This document shows, in pieces, positions 19,926-30,334 of a stretch of DNA of 64,000 nt. Positions within the stretch are counted from its first letter, which is position 1. Each line of letters starts with the position of its first letter. The stretch spans positions 111,270 to 175,269 of the forward strand of contig JAIYEG010000010.1 of assembly GCA_027487075.1 (NCBI GenBank). Direction: 5' to 3'. Both the position numbers and the translations under genes were made by a program. The notes under the pieces are model-generated. The model saw only the letters and a list, made by a program, of their open reading frames with translations. It did not search any database and was not told the DNA's origin. The stretch comes from a bacterium. GTDB taxonomy: Bacteria > Patescibacteriota > Minisyncoccia > Phycocordibacterales > CALRBL01.

Positions 19926-20951
19926 TTACTTCAAAAAGCTCCCTGTCTTAATCACGTGACGTACGAGTGTTTCAGTGTAGCCACGTTCGTTGTCATACCA
20001 TGCAAGCACTTTCACGAGATTTCCTCCCACTACACGTGTCATCTTGAGATCAGCGATTGATGCATGGGTGTTTCCGACTATGTCACGTGATACAAGCTCT
20101 TCGTCGCTTGCGAGGAAGATATCTTTCCAACGATCAGTTGCTGCAGCTTTTCGAAGAATGTCATTCACTTCTTCTACGGTTGTTTCTTTCTTTGAGATAA
20201 AGGTAATGTCTGCAAGAGAACCAGCAACTACCGGCACACGCACTGAAATACCATCGAATTTACCATTAAGGTCAGTGATGATCTGACCGAGTGCTTTTGC
20301 AGCTCCTGTTGATGATGGTGCCATGTTCATGGCGGCTGCGCGACCTTCGCGGAAATCTTTCTTTGAAGGAGCGTCCACCAGCGCCTGAGATGCGGTGTAT
20401 GCGTGGGTGGTGTTGAGGATCGCCTTTTCGATACCAAGCGCTTCATCGAGAATGGCAACTACAGGGCTTGAAGCGTTGGTGGTACATGATGCGTTTGAGC
20501 TCACTACCTTTTCTTTGAGGGTATCGCAGTTGATTGAAAGAAGCACCATTCCCTCAGTCGCATCAGCAGCAGGACCCTTTGCAGGGGCTGAGATCACCAC
20601 TTTCTTCGCACCAGCTTCGATGTGAGCACGAGCCGCAGTGTAATCGGTGAAGAAACCTGTTGATTCGACAACGACATCCACCTCCATATCTTTCCATGGA
20701 AGCGTCTTTGGATCTTTTTCTGATACGTAACGCACAGTCTGACCGTTGATCACGAGATTTCCGTTCTCAACCTTAATATCAAGAGTTGATACACCATACA
20801 CAGAGTCGTATTTGAGGAGATACGCAATGTTGTCGATAGAAGTGAGGTCATTTAAAGCAACGATTTCTACTTCTGGTCGGTCCCACGCTGCTTTTAAGAA
20901 TGCTCGTCCAATTCGTCCTGCGCCGTTAATGGCAATGCGTATTTTTTTCAT
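19926..20951 (-). CDS. gap: Type I glyceraldehyde-3-phosphate dehydrogenase
   Basis: INGAGRIGR, SNASCTTN, WYDNE. Confidence 0.96.
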   Translation of the reverse strand: MKKIRIAINGAGRIGRAFLKAAWDRPEVEIVALNDLTSIDNIAYLLKYDSVYGVSTLDIKVENGNLVINGQTVRYVSEKDPKTLPWKDMEVDVVVESTGFFTDYTAARAHIEAGAKKVVISAPAKGPAADATEGMVLLSINCDTLKEKVVSSNASCTTNASSPVVAILDEALGIEKAILNTTHAYTASQALVDAPSKKDFREGRAAAMNMAPSSTGAAKALGQIITDLNGKFDGISVRVPVVAGSLADITFISKKETTVEEVNDILRKAAATDRWKDIFLASDEELVSRDIVGNTHASIADLKMTRVVGGNLVKVLAWYDNERGYTETLVRHVIKTGSFLK

Positions 20952-20968
20952 ATGGGACTAGTATATAT

Positions 20969-20999
20969 AAAAAAACCACCTGTCGCCAGGCGGTTTTTT
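20969..20999. terminator. Intrinsic terminator, likely bidirectional
   Basis: AAAAAACCACCTG-TCGC-CAGGCGGTTTTTT hairpin with A/T tracts on both sides. Confidence 0.7.
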
Positions 21000-21051
21000 A
21001 CTCTTCCCTCATCACTAATTATCTTAAGTAAAGAGGAGGAAGATGTCAATG

Positions 21052-21120
21052 TGGGTATGACAGGAATCGAACCCGTAAACCCTTCTTGATGAGGGAAGAG
21101 TCTTGAGCCATCACATACCC
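21052..21120 (-). ncRNA. Atypical tRNA-like RNA (pseudo-tRNA, or tmRNA-TLD-like)
   Basis: Perfect acceptor stem GGGTATG/CATACCC plus A, canonical T-arm ACGGG-TTCGATT-CCTGT, no D-stem, central arm with CTCATCA. Confidence 0.65.
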
Positions 21121-21252
21121 ACGACTCAAGTTATCAGCTTAAGCCTGCGCATATTCTAAATGACACTATTTAAATTCTCGGCTAAAAGACTATCAATTAT
21201 TTCTAAACAAATAGCCTACAAAACGAGTTTTACCCGCTCCAACACCTCAGAT

Positions 21253-21402
21253 TCATCTAAATTTTGATGGATATTGTTGATTTTCCTTCTTGAGCTGATC
21301 TCCAAAGTAGTGACACAGAACTTTATTCTCGTGATTCAAGACAACTGCACCAACCGATACATGATATGGGTGTTCTTTTGTTCCTTGAAAAATATTTACC
21401 AT
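21253..21402 (-). pseudogene. Probable truncated NUDIX-hydrolase-like gene (49 aa)
   Basis: Coupled to gatB (TAATG): MVNIFQGTKEHPYHVSVGAVVLNHENKVLCHYF.... Resembles NUDIX N-terminal strands but has no Nudix box. Confidence 0.45.
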
Positions 21403-22847
21403 TAGTTTGAAATCAATTTTATTGCAACTTGCTTGAGCACCTCTGGATTCGCACTTCCCTTCGATGCTTTCATTCCTTGTCCTACGAAAAACATAAGCGC
21501 ACTTTCCTTTCCTGCTTTGTAATCAGCTACCACTTGAGGATTCGCTTCGATAAGTGGCTTAAGAAGTGCTTCGATAGATGCTTCATCGTTTTTCTGAAGC
21601 ATTCCTTCTCGTTCTGCAATTTCCGCAGGATCGCCACCCTTTTCAAACATGATCTTCAAGATATCCTTTCCCGCGCGTGATGAGAGCTTTCCTTCTGCAA
21701 GCATGATCATGAGCTTTGCGAATGCCTCTGCACCATCGTTTCTTCGCGTAAGCCATGCAGGAAAATCAAAGCCTGACGTTTTCACAAAACCAGCAACGTC
21801 GGTGGCGATATAGTTTGCTGCGAGTTGCACCGCTTTCTTATTATCCCCGCACTGTGAAGCGACCTTGTCATAGAAATTTCCATACAGCTCATTTGAAACA
21901 AACATTTCTGCATCCTCAGCTTTAAGACCCATATCCAAGAATCGCTGACGTTTTGCCCATGGTAATTCAGGGAGTTCAGCTGCAAGTGCGTCGCGTGAGA
22001 ATTCAGGAACTTCAGCGAGTTTGATTTTTGGAAGATCTGGATCAGGGAAATAGCGGTAGTCGTGCGAGTTTTCCTTCTTGCGCTGTGAGAAGGTGCTCTG
22101 CTTATTTTCGTCCCATCCGCGTGTTTCCTGTTCGATAGTTCCACCCTTTTCAAGTACTTCAATATGACGCTGTACTTCATAGTCGATTGCGCGCTCCACC
22201 GAACGGAAAGAGTTGAGGTTCTTCACCTCCACTTTTGTTCCGAACTTGTTCTTGTCTTTCGACACTGAGATGTTCGCCTCAACGCGCATCTCGCCTTTCT
22301 CCATGTTCGCTTCGCCGACTTTGAGCGTACGGAGCAAGAGCTGGAGCTCGCGTGCAAAATCCCCTGCCTGCTTGGCAGAATGTATCACCGGCTCAGTCAC
22401 GAGCTCCATGAGTGGAAGTCCAGCACGATTAAAATCTACAAGGCTGTAGTCGCCCGTATCATGCGATGACTTTGCCGTATCTTCTTCGAGGTGGATACGT
22501 GTGATGTCGACGCCATGGAGCGAGCCGCCCGATACGAGCGGATATTTGTATTGGCTGATTTGATATCCTTTCGGAATATCGGGGTAGAAATAGTTTTTAC
22601 GATCAAATTCCGTGAATTCAGTGGCGAGGTGTGAGCCAAGTGCCACACCCACCTTGAGTACGTGCTTCACTGCTTCTTTGTTGATATACGGCAGCGTGCC
22701 AGGGTGGCCCATGCAGATAGGACACACATTTACGTTCGGTCGTTCCTCATCCGGGTCGTTCTTACAACGACAAAACATTTTGGTGTTTGTCTTGAGTTCA
22801 GCATGGATTTCGAGACCAATTGTGGTGAAATATTCAGATTCTGACAT
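21402..22847 (-). CDS. gatB: Asp/Glu-tRNA amidotransferase subunit B
   Basis: IGLEIH, RKNYFYPD.PKGYQISQ, DYRYFPDPDLP. Confidence 0.97.
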   Translation of the reverse strand: MSESEYFTTIGLEIHAELKTNTKMFCRCKNDPDEERPNVNVCPICMGHPGTLPYINKEAVKHVLKVGVALGSHLATEFTEFDRKNYFYPDIPKGYQISQYKYPLVSGGSLHGVDITRIHLEEDTAKSSHDTGDYSLVDFNRAGLPLMELVTEPVIHSAKQAGDFARELQLLLRTLKVGEANMEKGEMRVEANISVSKDKNKFGTKVEVKNLNSFRSVERAIDYEVQRHIEVLEKGGTIEQETRGWDENKQSTFSQRKKENSHDYRYFPDPDLPKIKLAEVPEFSRDALAAELPELPWAKRQRFLDMGLKAEDAEMFVSNELYGNFYDKVASQCGDNKKAVQLAANYIATDVAGFVKTSGFDFPAWLTRRNDGAEAFAKLMIMLAEGKLSSRAGKDILKIMFEKGGDPAEIAEREGMLQKNDEASIEALLKPLIEANPQVVADYKAGKESALMFFVGQGMKASKGSANPEVLKQVAIKLISN

Positions 22848-22886
22848 ATGAGAGCATACTAGCAGAAAAGAGTGATATGAAAAAGA

Positions 22887-23861
22887 TCACTTATTCCTCA
22901 ACAATTTCAAAATCCCCTCACTCAATTCCTTAATCGAAACGTCGTCATATACGGTGACCTTAAAAAATTCTCCGTTATGAACTTGCTTGAGCGAAGCGAT
23001 CCTCTCTTCCATCACCTCCGGAGTCACCATGTCGGTCTTAGTGAAAATAATATATTCATCTTTTTTTGCCACCTCAGCATCAAAGGCTTCAAGCTCGTTT
23101 CTAATAATGTTATAGGTTGCAACAACATCTTCGTTTTCGAGAGAGATGCAGTGGAACAATACTTTCGTACGCTTGATGTGGCGCAAGAATTTGATTCCGA
23201 GCCCCTTTCCATCGGCTGCACCAGCGATGAGTCCTGGAATATCAGCGAGTACGAATTCATACAGCGCACCGAGATTTGGTTCGAGGGTGGTGAACTGATA
23301 ATCACCCACCTTTGCTTCGGCGCGTGTGAGCGCATTGAGAAGACTTGATTTACCGGCGTTTGGAAGTCCGATGAAAGACGCACTCGCCGTAAGTTGAAGC
23401 TCGATAAGAAAATCCGCTTCTTCCCCTTCACGTCCGAGGGTAAATTCTTGTGGAGCAACGTTTGTCGACGCCTTAAAATGTTCGTTACCAAGACCACCGC
23501 GACCTCCTTTCAAAATAAGCACTGGTTCTCCGAGAGTGGTAATATCAAATGCTTTTTCATTATCAAGATTAGTCACAAGCGTTCCAATAGGAACCTCAAT
23601 AATAAGATCATCACCATCTTTTCCATGCATACTGCGAGACTGACCATCATCACCACGCATAGCGGCAAACTCTTTCTTGTGACGATAGTGTGCAAGCTTC
23701 GACAAATCACTCACCCCAACCACATACACATCGCCACCTTTTCCACCATTTCCTCCTGCAGGACCCATGAATTCCTTGCCCTTTTCATGCAACCACCGCA
23801 CCACGCCGTCTCCGCCGTTTCCTGCCCGAATATGTACTTTTAATTCATCAACGAATGCCAT
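22887..23861 (-). CDS. obg: GTPase ObgE/CgtA
   Basis: Gly-rich Obg domain, GLPNAGKS, FTTL.P, DIPG. Confidence 0.96.
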   Translation of the reverse strand: MAFVDELKVHIRAGNGGDGVVRWLHEKGKEFMGPAGGNGGKGGDVYVVGVSDLSKLAHYRHKKEFAAMRGDDGQSRSMHGKDGDDLIIEVPIGTLVTNLDNEKAFDITTLGEPVLILKGGRGGLGNEHFKASTNVAPQEFTLGREGEEADFLIELQLTASASFIGLPNAGKSSLLNALTRAEAKVGDYQFTTLEPNLGALYEFVLADIPGLIAGAADGKGLGIKFLRHIKRTKVLFHCISLENEDVVATYNIIRNELEAFDAEVAKKDEYIIFTKTDMVTPEVMEERIASLKQVHNGEFFKVTVYDDVSIKELSEGILKLLRNK

Positions 23862-24024
23862 AAATTTTACTATAGCATGTTTATCAAAATTTGATGGTAT
23901 ATGGGATAGGATAGCCTAAGAACTATGTTGTACCTTATCAAAACCATCCTCATTCACCTATTTGAAAAAGACAATACTTCCACAAAGAACGCGCGAAGTG
24001 CCTGGATTGAGTGAGTGAGAAAAA

Positions 24025-24912
24025 TCACGCTTCAACTGCAAGGCGCGCAAGCTTGAGCGCGCCTTCTTTTGAATTAGCAACCACAATAAAGCGGCCGTTG
24101 TGGCAGAAGTTTGCATCATGCACACCCGTCACTTCTGCAAGCGCACTTCCTGTTTTCCCTGCCCAGCTTTCGGGAAAGAGCTTGCGACTTTGAAACGACA
24201 CACCATCTTTTCGAATGGCTGACACTGCCCACGTCGTCTGCTTACCATCATTCATGATCACAAAAAGTGGCTCAGAGTATTTCGTGAGTACATCACGCCA
24301 TGAATAGTTATTATCGAGTATCACCATCCGCTTATCCTCGGCTTGCTTATATGCTCTCTCTACTTCTTGCTCACCATCGATAAATGCACGCGCTTTTGCC
24401 ACCTCGCGCTGCAGCACCGCCTGAGCAAGTGTCACCGCCTGCATAAAAGCTTGATCGACACTTTTCTCTTTTTCCTGCCACGTTGGCAAAAATGAAATCA
24501 AAGCTGCTTCAAGAAGATATGGCTTAAAATGTTTATTCGCTTTTTGAAACGTATCAATACCGTTATCCATTGCATCGATAGGAAGCACGAGCTTTTCTTC
24601 GATAGTCGCTGCTGCGCGCGCAGAGCCCGCAATCTGCTCACCAAACTGTTTCCAGATCAGCCCAAACGCAGCATAGGGAATACCATTCTCACGCTTTCCT
24701 GCTCCACCTTCTTGATGATGATCAAACCGATTCTCTTCAGGTAGGTACTTAAACCCCACATCAAGTACGACATCTTCAGGAGCCTTTTCTTCAATGGTTT
24801 TGATGTCGCGGGTACGCTCAATCACCACATCAGTTCCATACAAGATACGAAGCGCCGCACATGCAAGCACTTCATCAGGATGAAAGTTACCACTATGCGT
24901 GATGATCTTCAT
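24025..24912 (-). CDS. MYG1 family protein (UPF0160)
   Basis: THSGNFHPDE, RFDHHQ, DAMDNG, FCHNGRF. Confidence 0.92.
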   Translation of the reverse strand: MKIITHSGNFHPDEVLACAALRILYGTDVVIERTRDIKTIEEKAPEDVVLDVGFKYLPEENRFDHHQEGGAGKRENGIPYAAFGLIWKQFGEQIAGSARAAATIEEKLVLPIDAMDNGIDTFQKANKHFKPYLLEAALISFLPTWQEKEKSVDQAFMQAVTLAQAVLQREVAKARAFIDGEQEVERAYKQAEDKRMVILDNNYSWRDVLTKYSEPLFVIMNDGKQTTWAVSAIRKDGVSFQSRKLFPESWAGKTGSALAEVTGVHDANFCHNGRFIVVANSKEGALKLARLAVEA

Positions 24913-25954
24913 GTTCTTCTGTCTTCACAATAAGTCGATAAATACCAAAGAGCGCCATAAAGAGCGAGATGGTGAGTGGTCCGAGAATAAATCCAACAGG
25001 ACCATAGAACGACAAACCTCCAATAATTGAGAACAAAATAATAAGCGGATGAATCTTGAGACCTTTGCCGATAAGACGTGGTGATAAGAAGTTATCGAGA
25101 AGTCCTACCGCAAGAAGCGCCCAGATACCAAGCCCGATTCCCTGGAAGAGTGAACCAATAGCGAATGCATATGCCACCGCCGGCACCAACACAAGCGACG
25201 TTCCAACCCCTGGAACAAGCGCAGAAAGACCCGTGAGCATTCCCCACAACGCAGGATTAGGAATACCAAAGATCGCGTAGCCGATACCTGACACCACCCC
25301 CTGCATCACCGCCACCGTCAAAGAACCCCCAATAATTGATCGGATCGATAGGCGTAATTTATCAATGAGAACAAGTGCATGCTCTCGTGGAATCGGGCTC
25401 TGACTTTCAAATGTGTGAACAAACATTTTTCCATCCTTGATGAAGTAATACAGAGCAATAATGCCGAGAAATAAGTGAACTCCAATACTTATTGTACTTG
25501 AGAAAAACGCTCCCACATTCTTCAAAAGCCACTGTGAACCTGCAGCGACATAATCTCCGAGATCAACATTGACTCCAGGAAACACCGACTCGATAGCACG
25601 ATTAATACGCATCTCAAATGTATCTGCCACCGTACTCAACGAACTTCCTTCTGAAGTGATGTATTGATACGTATTATTTGCTTCATTAAAAATCTGTGCG
25701 GCAATGAGGTAGAGCGGAACAATGATGAGAAAGAAGAGGCACACAAGTGTGATGGCTGATGCAAACGCACTATTCCCTTTCACAGCTTCCACCACTTTCT
25801 TATGTGCAGGGTAAATCACTACCGCAAGCGTAGCAGCAATAATAAGCGTTGATAAAAACGGCAAAAATACCAAAAACGCCAACACTCCAACAACAATCAA
25901 AACTGCCAGGAAAAAATATGTTTCCGGACGAGTATAGGGAGTATATGTTTGCAT
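24893..25954 (-). CDS. AI-2E family transporter
   Basis: Multi-TM; DNFLSPRLIG..L.IHPL.I.FS.IGG...GPVGFILGP. Confidence 0.9.
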   Translation of the reverse strand: MQTYTPYTRPETYFFLAVLIVVGVLAFLVFLPFLSTLIIAATLAVVIYPAHKKVVEAVKGNSAFASAITLVCLFFLIIVPLYLIAAQIFNEANNTYQYITSEGSSLSTVADTFEMRINRAIESVFPGVNVDLGDYVAAGSQWLLKNVGAFFSSTISIGVHLFLGIIALYYFIKDGKMFVHTFESQSPIPREHALVLIDKLRLSIRSIIGGSLTVAVMQGVVSGIGYAIFGIPNPALWGMLTGLSALVPGVGTSLVLVPAVAYAFAIGSLFQGIGLGIWALLAVGLLDNFLSPRLIGKGLKIHPLIILFSIIGGLSFYGPVGFILGPLTISLFMALFGIYRLIVKTEEHEDHHA

Positions 25955-25966
25955 GTACCAAGTATA

Positions 25967-26752
25967 TTAGAAAAGCACAAAAAAGAAAATCAAACCGGCA
26001 ATAATGCGGTAGATACCGAATACGATGAATGAATGCTTTTGAATATACGTGAGAAGCCACTTAATAACCATGAGCGCCACCACAAACGCTGTTACAAACC
26101 CTATTCCCAAAAGAAGCCATTGCTCACCTGAGAACGTGATACCACTCTTCAAAAGATCGAGTCCACTTGCTGCAAGCATGGTAGGAATCGCCAAAAGAAA
26201 CGAGAACTCTACCACTGCCGCACGAGACAGACCAAGCGACTGTCCTGCAACAATGGTCGTCCCTGATCTCGACACCCCAGGTATCACGGCGAGAGCCTGC
26301 GAAATACCAATATACACTGCGATTTTGAAGGGTACCTCACTCACGGTATTAAATGTGGCAACATATCCTGTTGCAGTTTTTCGTTGACACCATCGCTCGA
26401 ATACAATAAGTATCACACCTCCAATAATCAGTGACCATACCACAATCATGGCATTACCAAGGAGATACTGCTTCACTAATGTATAGAGAAGAAATCCGAT
26501 CACACCCGTAGGAATAAACGCAGCAAGAACCCTCTTCCATGTTGCTACACTGGTCGCAATGGTACGACGATAGTAATACACCACAGCAAGAATCGCTCCC
26601 AGCTGAATAAAAATCTCAAAACTTCTCAAAAATTCTGAATCGACAAGACCTATAAGCTTTGATGTAACAATCAGATGTCCTGTCGAAGAAATCGGCAAAA
26701 ATTCAGTGATACCTTCGACAATTCCAAGAATAATGGCGTGTATGAATGTCAT
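25967..26752 (-). CDS. uppP: Undecaprenyl-diphosphatase
   Basis: GIVEGITEFLPISSTGH, PGVSRSG.T, SFLLAIP. Confidence 0.96.
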   Translation of the reverse strand: MTFIHAIILGIVEGITEFLPISSTGHLIVTSKLIGLVDSEFLRSFEIFIQLGAILAVVYYYRRTIATSVATWKRVLAAFIPTGVIGFLLYTLVKQYLLGNAMIVVWSLIIGGVILIVFERWCQRKTATGYVATFNTVSEVPFKIAVYIGISQALAVIPGVSRSGTTIVAGQSLGLSRAAVVEFSFLLAIPTMLAASGLDLLKSGITFSGEQWLLLGIGFVTAFVVALMVIKWLLTYIQKHSFIVFGIYRIIAGLIFFFVLF

Positions 26753-26763
26753 ATTTTAACAAA

Positions 26764-27291
26764 TTAATGAATCCGTCTTTCCCACTTTATTTCATTTCCC
26801 TCGCGATTCATCTCAATATAAGTTGGTTCTCTATGCTCATCAAGTACAATCAATGTATCAAAGCCTTCTGTAAGTTCAGGAGGATACTTTTTTAATGTCT
26901 TATCCATTCTTTCTATTGAGGTCTCTTTTGTTTGTAATTCACGCTCTGCATTTCTTTCTTTAGCAATTTCAATTGGTGTATCAAAAAAAATTCCTTGAAT
27001 TTTTTCTGCCCCTGCTTCTCGCAAAAACTTTAAGGTCATCTCTCTTCCTTCCTGTTGAGCAAACGTTGCATCGATAACCACGGTATGTCCATGTGCGAGC
27101 GAGTCAGCAGCTCGCTGTCTAAGCGCTTCGAAAACTTCAACGTTCTTTGTTTGATCATAATAATCTCCTATAATTTCTTGTCTGATTTCATCTGAACTTA
27201 GATAGTCATATCCATGTTCAGTAGCAAACTGCTTAAGATACGTAGTTTTACCGGCCCCTGGGATCCCGATACTGAGAATAACTTTAGACAT
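26764..27291 (-). CDS. AAA_33/PNK-like P-loop kinase
   Basis: GIPGAGKT, SSDEIR, VIDAT, RN..R. Start set at MSKVIL. Confidence 0.85.
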   Translation of the reverse strand: MSKVILSIGIPGAGKTTYLKQFATEHGYDYLSSDEIRQEIIGDYYDQTKNVEVFEALRQRAADSLAHGHTVVIDATFAQQEGREMTLKFLREAGAEKIQGIFFDTPIEIAKERNAERELQTKETSIERMDKTLKKYPPELTEGFDTLIVLDEHREPTYIEMNREGNEIKWERRIH

Positions 27292-27925
27292 ATAGGTGTG
27301 ATTGATCATTCCATGATACTACATTCCATCGAACCTGTTCATCCTCTTTCTTTTGGACCGTACATTTTGATATACCAGTATTTCCCATCTTAAAAACACG
27401 TTTAATACTCTTATATTCCTTATGCGTAAATACGTCTCCGAATATCATTCCGCTTAAAAGATGTGGCAATAATCCTCCATGTGTTACCACAAGCACTCGC
27501 TCATGACCACAATCTTTTAGAAATGAGAGCACTTCAAGCGCACGATGTTTAATATTGCTAAATGATTCTTCATTCTCATATACCCAATCTACATTTAGTT
27601 CTTGCTCCTTTTTTCGTACAACGTTCACTTCTTTCACGCGCTCATCTTCTGATGAAAGTCCGATAAGTGAAGTTGGATTCGTTTTTTCTTTGAGCGAATC
27701 ATAGACTTGCACTGGGATATTATGTGTTTCAGCAATAATTTTTGCTGATTCAAGCGCCCGAGGAAGCGGACTACAAAAGACTGCATCAAGTTGTATGCCA
27801 GCAAGACGTTTTGCTAGTATCTGAACTTGTTTTACACCTTCTTCAGTTAAGACATCATCAGCACCTTGAATAGTTTTTGACTTATTCGCTAAAGTCTCCC
27901 CGTGTCGAATAAAGTATACTTCCAT
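27284..27925 (-). CDS. Histidine phosphatase family protein
   Basis: RHGET, SPL.RA, VTHGG. Confidence 0.9.
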   Translation of the reverse strand: MEVYFIRHGETLANKSKTIQGADDVLTEEGVKQVQILAKRLAGIQLDAVFCSPLPRALESAKIIAETHNIPVQVYDSLKEKTNPTSLIGLSSEDERVKEVNVVRKKEQELNVDWVYENEESFSNIKHRALEVLSFLKDCGHERVLVVTHGGLLPHLLSGMIFGDVFTHKEYKSIKRVFKMGNTGISKCTVQKKEDEQVRWNVVSWNDQSHLYV

Positions 27926-27928
27926 ACA

Positions 27929-30244
27929 TTAACCTTTCTTCTCAATCTCCAAATGCATCATAATCCGCACGATCTCATCATCAGTTGCCTGAAGCATTTC
28001 TTTGTAGAGGCGGAGGCTTTCCTTACGGTATTCGACAAGCGGATCACGCTGTCCATACGCACGGAGGTTCACACTCTGACGTGAATAATCCATGAGCTCA
28101 AGATGATCAATCCAGAACAAGCTAATAGCTTGGAGCATGACTTGTCTCACCACATTAGTGAATTCTTTTTCAGGAATGAGCGCTTTCTTTGCATCAATTG
28201 CCGCTTTTTCTTCTTCAGTTCGTATCGCATACACCGCATTCCATTCTTCCATTACCACCTCTTCAGTGCCAGTGAGAATTTTACGACGACGATCATAGAC
28301 TGACTTTCGCTGAGTAGAGAGCACATCATCGTATTGAAGTGTGTGCTTGCGGGCATCAAAGTGGAATCCCTCGATCTTTGTCTGGGCATTCTCAAGGCCT
28401 TTACTGATAAGACCTGCTTGGATAGGTTCATCTTCGGGAATGCCAAAGCGTCCCATCATGTTCTTGATCGTATCTGTTGCAAACACTTTCATGAGATCGT
28501 CTTCAAGCGATACAAAGAACTGTGTTTCTCCGGGATCTCCTTGGCGTCCTGCTCGTCCGCGAAGCTGGTTGTCGATACGACGCGCTTCGTGACGTTCGGT
28601 ACCAAGGACGAACAAACCTCCAAGCGCGCGCACCTCCTCGACTTCTTCCGGAGTTGCCTGTGGACCTCCGAGCTTGATGTCCACTCCTCGTCCTGCCATG
28701 TTGGTAGCGATAGTCACCGCACCCTTCTTTCCAGCTTCCGCAATGATTTCTCCTTCACGTTCTGCAAACTGTGGCTTTGCATTCAAGATCTGATGCTTCA
28801 CTCCTTCCTTCTTCAAATAGTCGGCAAGTAATTCGTTCTTTTCGATCGAGACTGTACCAATGAGGATCGGTTGACCCTTTTTGTTGAGCTCTTTCACTTT
28901 CTTGGCGATAGCCATGAATTTTCCTTTTTCGGTTTGGAAGATGAGATCATTTTGATCGATACGAGCGATTGGTCGATGTGTCGGCACTTCGTATACATCA
29001 AGATTGTATACCTTGAGAAATTCTTCTTTGCTTGTTGATGCTGTTCCGGTCATTCCCGAAAGTTTTTTGTACAAGCGGAAATAGTTTTGGAACGTGATAG
29101 AAGCTGCAGTGCGTGACTCGCGCTGCACACGCACACCCTCTTTCGCTTCGATTGCTTGATGAAGGCCTTCTGACCATCGGCGACCTGGCTGAAGACGACC
29201 CGTCGATTCGTCGACGATGATCACCTCATCGCCCTTCACGACATATTCCTTGTTTACATTATAGAGCGCTTTCGCACGTACGGCGGTCTCAAGATGGTGC
29301 ACATACTTAATTCCCTTATCGGTGTAAATATTGCCGACACCAAGCATCTTCTCTGCTTTGTTGATACCTTCGTCAGTGAGTGAAATCTGTTTGAACTTCA
29401 GATCGACGGTAAAGTCCTCACCTTCAGTAAGCTTTGATGCAATCTTTGCAAAGGTTGCATAGAGATTTTCTGATTCGACAGTTGGCATTGAGATGATGAG
29501 CGGTGTACGTGCTTCATCAATGAGAATAGAGTCAATTTCGTCTACGACTGCATAGTGATAATCACGTTGACGAAGTTGTGCGGGATCACGCTCGATATTG
29601 TCGCGAAGATAATCAAAACCAAATTCATTGTTGGTACCATAGGTAATATCAGCATGATACGCATCTTTGCGTGATGCGGGTCGCAAAAATTCGTGCACGA
29701 CTTTGAAGGATGCCACTTGATCACGATTTGTATCAAGCTCAGTATGACTTGGATCATACATATATGATGCATCACCATTAATCACCCCAATGGTCATACC
29801 AAGAAATGCAAATACCTGCCCCATCCATACGGCATCACGACGTGAGAGATAGTCATTCACGGTCACTACATGCACCCCTTTTCCTTCAAGGGCATTGAGA
29901 TAAGTGGGCAACGTCGCCACCAAGGTCTTTCCTTCTCCGGTCTTCATTTCAGCAATTGCACCCTTGTGAAGGGTGATTCCGCCAAGAAGCTGCACATCGA
30001 AATGGCGCAACTTGAGTGTGCGCTGAGCTGCTTCTCGCACTACCGCAAATGCCTCAGGAAGAATATCATCGACAGTTTTCCCCTCAGCCAACTGAGCCTT
30101 AAAATAAGCGGTTTTTGCCTTAAGCTCCTCATCGGTGAGAGACTTGAGACTTTCTTCTAATGCATTAATCTTCGCAACGATCGGTGCAAACGAATCCAAC
30201 TGTTTCTGACTATGACTTTTGAAAAATGATTGTAAAAATGACAT
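27929..30244 (-). CDS. secA: Preprotein translocase SecA (compact, 771 aa)
   Basis: MKTGEGKT, DEIDSILIDEARTPL, QLRGRAGRQGDPG, YGQRDPL.EY. Confidence 0.97.
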   Translation of the reverse strand: MSFLQSFFKSHSQKQLDSFAPIVAKINALEESLKSLTDEELKAKTAYFKAQLAEGKTVDDILPEAFAVVREAAQRTLKLRHFDVQLLGGITLHKGAIAEMKTGEGKTLVATLPTYLNALEGKGVHVVTVNDYLSRRDAVWMGQVFAFLGMTIGVINGDASYMYDPSHTELDTNRDQVASFKVVHEFLRPASRKDAYHADITYGTNNEFGFDYLRDNIERDPAQLRQRDYHYAVVDEIDSILIDEARTPLIISMPTVESENLYATFAKIASKLTEGEDFTVDLKFKQISLTDEGINKAEKMLGVGNIYTDKGIKYVHHLETAVRAKALYNVNKEYVVKGDEVIIVDESTGRLQPGRRWSEGLHQAIEAKEGVRVQRESRTAASITFQNYFRLYKKLSGMTGTASTSKEEFLKVYNLDVYEVPTHRPIARIDQNDLIFQTEKGKFMAIAKKVKELNKKGQPILIGTVSIEKNELLADYLKKEGVKHQILNAKPQFAEREGEIIAEAGKKGAVTIATNMAGRGVDIKLGGPQATPEEVEEVRALGGLFVLGTERHEARRIDNQLRGRAGRQGDPGETQFFVSLEDDLMKVFATDTIKNMMGRFGIPEDEPIQAGLISKGLENAQTKIEGFHFDARKHTLQYDDVLSTQRKSVYDRRRKILTGTEEVVMEEWNAVYAIRTEEEKAAIDAKKALIPEKEFTNVVRQVMLQAISLFWIDHLELMDYSRQSVNLRAYGQRDPLVEYRKESLRLYKEMLQATDDEIVRIMMHLEIEKKG

Positions 30245-30287
30245 GTGAGTACTAGATTACCATACCCGACTGGAGGATACCACCAAG

Positions 30288-30318
30288 TAAAAACCCCGGC
30301 ACGAGACCGGGGTTTTTA
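30288..30318. terminator. Intrinsic terminator after the small basic gene
   Basis: TAAAAACCCCGG-CACGAGA-CCGGGGTTTTTA. Confidence 0.75.
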
Positions 30319-30334
30319 CTAAGTGGGAAGAAGA

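Noticed and set aside
21052-21120. Bona fide tmRNA (ssrA) or functional tRNA-Met/Ile(CAU)
   Set aside because: No tag-coding domain or G3.U70 pair. As a tRNA it lacks a D-stem and has C at position 37. Kept only as an atypical RNA.
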